From an uncultured delta proteobacterium (GTDB lineage Bacteria > Bdellovibrionota > FAC87 > UBA2466), in assembly GCA_963778115.1 (NCBI GenBank), contig CAVZSV010000001.1:132099-196098 (forward strand): a stretch of 64,000 nucleotides of DNA, read 5' to 3'. Positions 56,781 through 64,000 of the stretch are shown here, in pieces. Each line of letters begins with the position of its first letter. The stretch's first letter is position 1. The translations under genes were made by a program, and so were the position numbers. The notes under the pieces are model-generated. The model made no database searches. It saw nothing but the letters and a program-made list of their open reading frames with translations, and was not told the origin of the DNA.

Positions 56781-58101
56781 ATGGCCTCGTAAATAATGTT
56801 ACCGGGGGATTAGGAAGAGAAGCGCGGTGGCCTCATAATGGAGTAACCAGGCATTCGTCTGGACAACTCCATAAAACAATGAGGCAAAGCCATGAGCATA
56901 ACGCTAAAGCGTTTGTACTTGGATTTTTTGCGCCAACGTTACCGAGACACCAAGAGTCGAAAAGTGAAGATTATGTTGATTGACCAACTCTGTCGGGACG
57001 CGGGGTTTCACAGAAAACACGCCATTCGAACTTTGAATCAGCGCCCTCAATTGAAAGCGAAGCGGGGTCGTCGACGTCTTTACAGCGATGGGGCAAGGTA
57101 CCACTTAAAAAAGCTGTGGCTTGCAATGGAGCAAGTAAACGGGAGGCGCATGGTGGCAATGCTTCCGGATTGGTTAAAACACTATGAAGCCCCCGAATAC
57201 GGCCCTTTGATTGAAAAAGAGCTCTGCTCAATGAGTCATGCTACGATAGAGCGGTTTCTTCGGCCCTACAGAGCGGAGATGGGGCGGAAGTTAAGAACTG
57301 GAACAAAGCCTGGGAATTTAAGAAATCGAATTCCGATTAAACCGTTCGACAGAAATGTCGCAGTGCCAGGCTATATGGAGGCAGATACGGTAGCTCATTG
57401 CGGAGGAAGTTTATCGGGAGAGTTTGTTTGGTCCTTAACCGGGGTAGACCGTCTTCTGGGCTGGACTGAGAATCGCGCCGTGTGGAACAAACTAGCCAAA
57501 GAAGTGGTCGAAGCTGTCGAGGATATCGAGAAAAGCCTCCCGTTTCCACTAAAAGGACTTTCCAGTGACAATGGCGGAGAGTTCCACAATGACCTACTCA
57601 TTAGTCATCTAGCGCCGAGTAAAAATCGCCCCAGAGAGATCTTCTTAACCCGTGGCCGTCCCTACAAGAAGAATGACCAGTGCTACGTGGAGCAGAAAAA
57701 TTACACTCATGTCCGAAAACTCCTGGGCTATGACAGGATTGACTGCCCATCGGTCAAGGACTTGGTGAATGACCTATACAAAAATGAATGGGGACTGCTA
57801 CAAAACTTTTTTATTCCACAGGTGAAGCTCATTGAGAAAATTCGAGTGGGCGCAAAGTACAAACGAAAACACTCAAAACCAATGACCCCCTATCAAAGAT
57901 TAATGGAATGCTCGCAAATACCCGATCAGGTAAAAAAAGACCTGACCAAGAAGTTTGAATCTCTGAACCCTTTTGAACTTAAAGACGGCATTGAACGAAA
58001 ACTGAAACGCATCTGGGACACGCAGAAAAAATTCGAGCAGACACATAAACTGAGGTCGGTGGCTTCGCTACCTCCGGGTAACATATCTAGCTGAGGCTAA
58101 T
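56781..58101 (+). mobile_element. Insertion sequence (rve/DDE, ISNCY-like)
   Basis: Imperfect terminal inverted repeats GCCTC-N7/8-ATGTTACC flanking a single transposase gene. Confidence 0.75.
56892..58094 (+). CDS. DDE (integrase-core) transposase
   Basis: EADTVAHCG, SDNGGEF, RPYKKNDQCYVEQKN, TPYQRL. Confidence 0.93.
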   Translation: MSITLKRLYLDFLRQRYRDTKSRKVKIMLIDQLCRDAGFHRKHAIRTLNQRPQLKAKRGRRRLYSDGARYHLKKLWLAMEQVNGRRMVAMLPDWLKHYEAPEYGPLIEKELCSMSHATIERFLRPYRAEMGRKLRTGTKPGNLRNRIPIKPFDRNVAVPGYMEADTVAHCGGSLSGEFVWSLTGVDRLLGWTENRAVWNKLAKEVVEAVEDIEKSLPFPLKGLSSDNGGEFHNDLLISHLAPSKNRPREIFLTRGRPYKKNDQCYVEQKNYTHVRKLLGYDRIDCPSVKDLVNDLYKNEWGLLQNFFIPQVKLIEKIRVGAKYKRKHSKPMTPYQRLMECSQIPDQVKKDLTKKFESLNPFELKDGIERKLKRIWDTQKKFEQTHKLRSVASLPPGNISS

Positions 58102-58133
58102 CGGTATAATTTCGCTATTCGTTAAGGGGGGGC

Positions 58134-59564
58134 ATGAATCGTCTAAGAGCATCGTTTCTCATCGCGGTTTTCATTTCCACGGCGAGTCTGGGAGCTACGA
58201 GTTCGCTTTCGACGTTGGGTAAGGGGTTTAACATCTCCGGATGGTTCAAAGGTTGTAAGGCCTGTGAGACTGCCTATCTAGAAGGCTTTTTGGCCGACTC
58301 CGACTTTACTGCGATGCACCAATTAGGAATCAAGCATGTTCGCATTTTGGTGGAACCCGAAGTGGTCCTCTCCGCAAAATACCCCGATAGCAGAGGACCT
58401 ATTCGTAAAGAGTTAATAACGGCTGTCTCAAACCTTATCTCAAAAGGTTTTGCCGTCGTCATAGCGCCAGATCCCAACCAAGAAAATGCGTTGAGCTTAA
58501 AAGAGTCCGACCCGCAATACGCAACCTTCGCAAAAAATTATTACCCCGCTTTCCTGGCAAAGCTTTCATCCAGTTTAGCTTCGTTTCCTACCGATAAGCT
58601 ATTTCTCGAAGTTCTCAACGAACCACCCATGGCAAAGACCGGTCCTAAAGATGATTCTCCCGATCGCTGGGTCAAAATTGCGCACCAATATATCGCGCTC
58701 ATTCGACAAAGGATGCCGAAACATACTCTCATCTCTAGCGGACCTGGTTGGTCGAGTACCCTCTCGCTCATCGGAACTACTAACTATGCCAGTGCGGGTA
58801 TTCCCGTCGACTCGTCCTGGTCCCAAAGTTATCCGGAATTAATCGCGGACAGCGATCCTAATATCATCTACTCCATCCATATCTACGAACCCACTATCTT
58901 TACCCATCAGGGAGCGACCTTCATGGTCCCTTTCCGAGATCGGGGAATCCTTAGCGGCGTGCCTTTCCCCTATCCGTCCACGAACCCGGCCGAAGCCTCG
59001 TTCGTTTCCGATGCGGATAGGCTATTTCGGGGTTGCGGGACACAAAAGGCTCCGTGCTCCGACGATCAGAAGTTAGCTTACCTAATGCCGACGATGAAAC
59101 TGTGTGAGTCGACCGGGGGTGCTCCTAAGTCTTCCTCTCATTCCATGACGAATGCCGTTTCAGAGATAAAAAATTGCGCTATCTCTCGCCTTCAGTCCTA
59201 TCATCAGCAAGGGTGGACTCCAGCCTCCTTGGCAAGAATTGTAGATGCAGCGCAAACGTGGAGCCAAAAATACAATCGACCGATTATGGTGGGCGAATTT
59301 GGCGCAATGAGCGATTCGGTTCCCCCGTCAGACCGCGCTAACTATCTAGGAGCTATCTCACAAAGTGCGGAAGGATCGGGGATGTCCTGGGCCAATCACT
59401 GTTATTCGGACTACGACGGTGGCTTTGGGCTATTTCATTTTAATTGTAAGAATGGGAATCGTGTTCTGGACGAAAACGCCAGAGCGGCCCTTCATCTTAA
59501 TGAAGTAACGCCGGAATTAAGATCTTTTTTGGCTTCCGCGATAAAACAGCATACGTGTCATTGA
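58134..59564 (+). CDS. Glycoside hydrolase family 5 (cellulase family)
   Basis: KGFN, HVRI, EVLNEP (acid/base), HIYEP, VGEFG (nucleophile); signal peptide. Confidence 0.9.
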   Translation: MNRLRASFLIAVFISTASLGATSSLSTLGKGFNISGWFKGCKACETAYLEGFLADSDFTAMHQLGIKHVRILVEPEVVLSAKYPDSRGPIRKELITAVSNLISKGFAVVIAPDPNQENALSLKESDPQYATFAKNYYPAFLAKLSSSLASFPTDKLFLEVLNEPPMAKTGPKDDSPDRWVKIAHQYIALIRQRMPKHTLISSGPGWSSTLSLIGTTNYASAGIPVDSSWSQSYPELIADSDPNIIYSIHIYEPTIFTHQGATFMVPFRDRGILSGVPFPYPSTNPAEASFVSDADRLFRGCGTQKAPCSDDQKLAYLMPTMKLCESTGGAPKSSSHSMTNAVSEIKNCAISRLQSYHQQGWTPASLARIVDAAQTWSQKYNRPIMVGEFGAMSDSVPPSDRANYLGAISQSAEGSGMSWANHCYSDYDGGFGLFHFNCKNGNRVLDENARAALHLNEVTPELRSFLASAIKQHTCH

Positions 59565-59565
59565 T

Positions 59566-60390
59566 CTAAATGCCGTAGGATTCACACCAGAGCTGAAAGG
59601 TCATCAGCGCATAGATCTTAGTACTATGATCGGCGATCCGATCGCGGTGCTCTCCCAGCCAACGAGAAGGCATTTGAGGCTTGAAAAACCCTTGCCGGCG
59701 CAGCCGCTCCTCACTAAGCAGATCGCTAGCTACCGGTTGAAGGTCATTTAAAAACCAATCTTTAATGGGTAAGGAAAAACCCATTTTCTTGCGGTGAACC
59801 ACCGACGCAGGAAGCGATATTTCCGCCAAGGCTTTCAGAAGGACTTTGCTCTCGTTTAAGTTCATCTTCCAACGGCTAGGAAGCCGCTCGACGAGAGAGG
59901 CTATCTCCATATCCAGCAGAGGAACCCGAACTTCCATCGAGTGGGCCATGCTCGTCTTGTCAGTATAGGTAAGGTTCAAACATGGCAGGAACGTTTTAGA
60001 GTCTAAATAAAGTTCCTGAGCCAGCGGATCATAATTTTCGGCATGCCTGAATAATTGTTCTTGGATCGAAAACGGAGGTTGTTGCAGATCCAAGAAGTCT
60101 TCCGTCATAAGATCCGACATAGCTTCCAGCCCCATCGGACTTCGTAAGAGCGAAAAAGACAGAGGCCACGGGGCCTGCATCGCATGCAACATCTTCTTCG
60201 CCCGATGCACGTTCTGGGATCGACGGGATCCTATCGAATAGGGAATATGACGACTGGCAGAAAATAGAGCGCTTGTCACCGGATTGGGAAACTTTTGGCC
60301 CCACCGAGTGGCTAGTCCCGAACGATAAACCGGGTAGCCTCCAAAAAGTTCGTCTCCCCCCTGCCCGCTAATTAACACTTTGAACTTCGT
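59566..60390 (-). CDS. asnB: Asparagine synthase (glutamine-hydrolysing) family, C-terminal part only; truncated at the junction
   Basis: SGQGGDELFGGY, DKTSMAHSMEVRVPLLD, RKKMGF; the first 40 aa of the track ORF belong to another gene. Confidence 0.85.
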   Translation of the reverse strand, partial: TKFKVLISGQGGDELFGGYPVYRSGLATRWGQKFPNPVTSALFSASRHIPYSIGSRRSQNVHRAKKMLHAMQAPWPLSFSLLRSPMGLEAMSDLMTEDFLDLQQPPFSIQEQLFRHAENYDPLAQELYLDSKTFLPCLNLTYTDKTSMAHSMEVRVPLLDMEIASLVERLPSRWKMNLNESKVLLKALAEISLPASVVHRKKMGFSLPIKDWFLNDLQPVASDLLSEERLRRQGFFKPQMPSRWLGEHRDRIADHSTKIYALMTFQLWCESYGI

Positions 60391-61237
60391 ATAATGCGGT
60401 AAGTTTTCGAGCGAAACAATAAAATCAATTTCCTTACCATCTTTAGTCCGCAAATATTGCAGATTGGTTTTGATGCCCATTGTATCTTCTAAAAAACAGA
60501 GCTCTTTCAAAAGTGATAACGCAACAATATTTTCTAGCCGCGCGCCTTCTTCTTCAACTTGAGCGACATCAAAAAAATAATATTTAGGTTCCTTTAGTAA
60601 AGAGCGAGCGACTTTTTTATGGTAAGGAGTAATGCGGAAAATAACGTATAAATTTTCTAGTAAATTTAACCAATTTTTAATGGTATGGCTGTCTCGTTCT
60701 AGATCTCTAGCTAAATTCGCATAAGAAATTCCACAACCAACACAGTTTTTAAAATAGCAACTAAGGTTTCTATTGCTTGAATATCGCGAACAGCTTGAAA
60801 TCTAATAAATCTTGACGCAAAATAATATCTAAATGACTTCGACGCCAACGTTTATAATAACTTTCACTGCTTTTTAAAAAAGGTTCTGGAAATCCACCAC
60901 AAGTCCAAAGCTGTTTAAAAGCATCTTGCATATTAAGAGTGGAATCATAGTTAGCAACTTCTTTTAAATCTAAGGGAAATAAACGATACTGAAAATATCG
61001 CCCTGCGAGCGAATCGCCCATTTTGTGTAATTCATCAAAAATAATTAGTGATTGCGCACGATCCCAGCTTTTACTTTTAAGTAATAAGCGATCTTCAACA
61101 GCATCAAAATTAAGATAATCAAAATTGGAAAATAACTGTTTGGCCAAAGTGGTTTTTCCACATTGCCGCGCTCCTGTTAAGAGGACGATTTTGTCATTAA
61201 GTGCTTGTTTAACATATTGATAGAGATAACGTTTCAT
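60391..61237 (-). pseudogene. AAA_14 / DUF4143 ATPase, frameshifted, internally deleted and truncated
   Basis: GARQCGKTT, DELHK joined directly to GDSLAGR, GGFPEP, KEPKYYFFD, KDGKEIDF. Confidence 0.8.
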
Positions 61238-61387
61238 TAGACTGTTATGACGCAAACTCCCGAATAGTCAAGACTAATCGGGAATAGAGTCCAGATTAGT
61301 CTGATTTTTTACTTTTAAAGATTGAAGAATTGCTAAATTATCGGTATCTTTTGCCCATTACTTGTTGCATTGTAAATAGACCTCATT

Positions 61388-62870
61388 ATGCGCCTATCTT
61401 CATTACTACAGAATATATTGCCTATTTCAGCTGATAATGATGCTGAAATTTTGGGACTGACTCAAGATAGCCGTCAGGTTAACCCCATGATTTATTTTTT
61501 GCTTATCAAGGTCGAAGTTTTGATGGTCGTCAATTTATCCCCGATGCTATTGCTAAAGGTGCGGCTGCCATACTTGCTGAATTAGATGAACCAAAAAATG
61601 TATTTTCAAAAGCGCACAATGTGCCAATTATCGCTATTCCTCAGCTGCAAAAAAAAATAAGTGAGCTCGCAGCGCGTTTTTATGATTATCCTGCCAAAAA
61701 AATGACTATGATTGGCATTACCGGCACCAATGGTAAAACCTCTTGCAGCTATTTTATCGCTCAAGCTCTGCAATCTTTGGGAAATACTTGTGGGATAGTG
61801 GGTACTTTGGGTAGCGGGTTTTTTAATGTTTTACAGGAAACTGGTTACACGACCCCCGATGCGGTGATGCTGCAAAAAATTCTGCAAACATTATGCCAAC
61901 AAGGCGCAAAATCGATTGCCATGGAAGTGACTTCACAAAGTCTCGATCAAGCGCGTGTCGATGGTATTGATTTTAACACTGCCATTTTTACTAATCTCAC
62001 GCGAGATCATCTCGATTATCATGGCGACATGCAAACTTATGCTGCAGTCAAAAAACGTTTCTCAGCGGAATTTTGGTAAACAATATTATGATCAATACTG
62101 ACGATGAAACTGGCGCTGCATGGGCGCGGAATGAGCTGCTCAGAAAAAAACAATTTTTACTTACGGATTGCAATCAATCATGCAAAAAATAGTAATTCTC
62201 TTCCCTTTATACAGCTAATATCATTAAGTTGATCTTAAGGGGATTGAAATCCGACTTAAAACGCCTTGGGAAATGCGCCCGTTTAATATTGCCGTTGCTC
62301 GGGCAATTTAATTTAAGCAATGTTTTAGCGGTATTGACAGCATTATGTGTTGAAGGGGTGCCATTTCTTGATGCGGTTCGTGCGTTATCGCAATTACGAA
62401 CCGTTCCCGGACGCATGCAAGTTTTAGGTGGGGTAGTAAGCCGTTGATGGTGGTTGATTATTCGCATAAACCCGATGCGTTGCAAAAGGTACTCGAGGCA
62501 ATACGTACTCATACCCACGGCAAATTGATTTGCATATTTGGTTGTGGCGGCGATCGCGACCGCGGCAAGCGCCTTAATGGCAGCGATCGCTGAGCAATTA
62601 GCTGACCACGTGATCGTCACCAATGATAATCCGCGTCATGAAAATCCAGAGTTGATCGCCGAGCGAGATTATGGCGGGTTTTAAGCCTGCCGGAGGCAGG
62701 TTCAGGTTGAGCTAGATCGTTCTAAAGCGATAAAGATGGGTATACAATATAGCCAAGGCAATGATTGTATTTTAATTGCCGGGAAAGGCGCAGAGCATTA
62801 CCAAATCATAGGGGATAAAAAAACCATTTTGATGATGTAGGAAGCTAATCGCCAACTGATAAGTGTTTGA
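61388..62870 (+). pseudogene. murE: MurE ligase with many frameshifts (probably sequencing errors)
   Basis: [48 protein letters not shown]. Confidence 0.88.
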
Positions 62871-62936
62871 GTAACCTTGAGTATCGACTGGAAGTATAAG
62901 CGGATGAACTTAGACTTTATTGGGACGTGGAAGTGA

Positions 62937-64000
62937 ATGGCCTAGTGGCTAGCAAGTTATTTTCATTTTTTTCATGTTTTTCAATATTTAACTTTGCGCG
63001 CTATTTTAAGCACTTTAACGGCTTTTTTATTTGCTTTATTATTAGGGCCGAATGATCATTACGACAATTAAGTTCACATCAGGTGGGCCAAGATTGTGCG
63101 TGATGATGGTCCGAAAAGTCATTTAACCAAAGCCGGTACGCCGACGATGGGTGGCACATTGATTTTAATTGCAATTGACATTGAGTACTTTATTATGGAG
63201 CGATTTAACTAATCGCTATATTTGGATGGTTTTAATTGTGATATTAGGTTTTGGTGCGATTGGTTGTGGGATGATTATCGCAAGTTAGTTTTAAAGAATA
63301 GCAAAGGTTTGCCTGCACGCTGGAAATATTTCTGGCAATCGTTAGTTGGGTTTAGGGCTGCGTTTTATTTATATTATTACGGCGAAATTACCTGTTGAAA
63401 CACAATTAGTGTTTCCATTTTTTAAAAAATTGTTATTCCATTGGGTCCATTTTTTATTGTTCTTGGCTTATTTTGTGATTGTAGGTACCAGTAATGCGGT
63501 TAATTTAACCGATGGTTTTGATGGACTGGCGATTTTGCCGACCGTTTTGGTTGGTGGTGCATTAGGTATTTTTGCTTATTTAACTGGCAATATTCATTTT
63601 GCAAAATATTTATCAATTCCTTATGTTCCTGGTGCTGGTGAAATAGTCGTATTTTGTGGTGCTTTAGTGGGCGCGGGTTTAGGGTTTCTTATGGTTTAAT
63701 ACCTATCCTGCGCAAATATTTATGGGTGATGTCGGCGCTCTTAGGATTAGGTGCAGCATTAGGTATGATTGCGGTCATGGTGCGACAAGAATTAGTATTT
63801 ATTTTATGGGCGGTATTTTTGTATTAGAAACCGTTTCAGTTATTTTGCAAGTCGCTTCATTTAAATTAACGGGAAAACGTATTTTTAGAATGGCGCCTAT
63901 TCATCATCATTTTGAATTAAAAGGTTGGCCTGAACCCCGTGTCATTGTTCGATTTTGGATTATTACATTAGTATTAGTTTTATGTGGACAGCAATACATC
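62937..64000 (+). pseudogene. mraY: MraY translocase with many frameshifts, running to the window edge
   Basis: [50 protein letters not shown]. Confidence 0.9.

Noticed and set aside
60383..60396. AACTTCGTATAATG, a 14-nt match to half of loxP at the junction
   Set aside because: There is no second inverted arm and both sides read naturally as their own proteins; likely coincidence, though vector screening of reads would settle it.
59566..60510. Novel AsnB-DUF4143 fusion protein
   Set aside because: Both halves are truncated and composition and error rate change at the join; treated as a chimera.

Overview
The window has three parts. (1) About 1-33.3 kb is the right portion of an integrative, conjugative element inserted at the 3' end of a tRNA-Asp(GTC) gene (33350-33426); its left end lies outside the window. 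It carries a ParA + Rep module with an iteron/AT-rich origin inside the rep gene, an XRE regulator, and a ~13 kb defence island (DUF2779 nuclease, McrBC #1, radical SAM + ASCH, atypical N6-type DNA methyltransferase, McrBC #2). It also carries a sigma54 two-component locus, a compact VirB-like T4SS with an FtsK-type coupling protein and MOB_C-like relaxase, an excisionase and a tyrosine integrase. (2) About 33.4-60.4 kb is host chromosome, probably a Bdellovibrionota-like predator (inference): WD40 protein, plsC, thioredoxin/beta-barrel operon, aldehyde dehydrogenase, type III glnA, a TadC-DUF192-FHA/TPR cluster, lysC, a lectin/beta-helix protein, a DDE IS, a GH5 and a truncated asnB. (3) From about 60390 there is an abrupt in-frame junction to AT-rich, frameshift-riddled, gammaproteobacteria-like DNA (AAA_14 ATPase, murE, mraY), most likely an assembly chimera. 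The best candidate for a new system is the radical SAM-ASCH-MTase(NPGW)-McrBC module. Also notable are the ParB-less ParA/Rep unit with two palindromic repeat arrays and the hybrid conjugation machinery. All family calls come from motif reading by eye; no searches were run.
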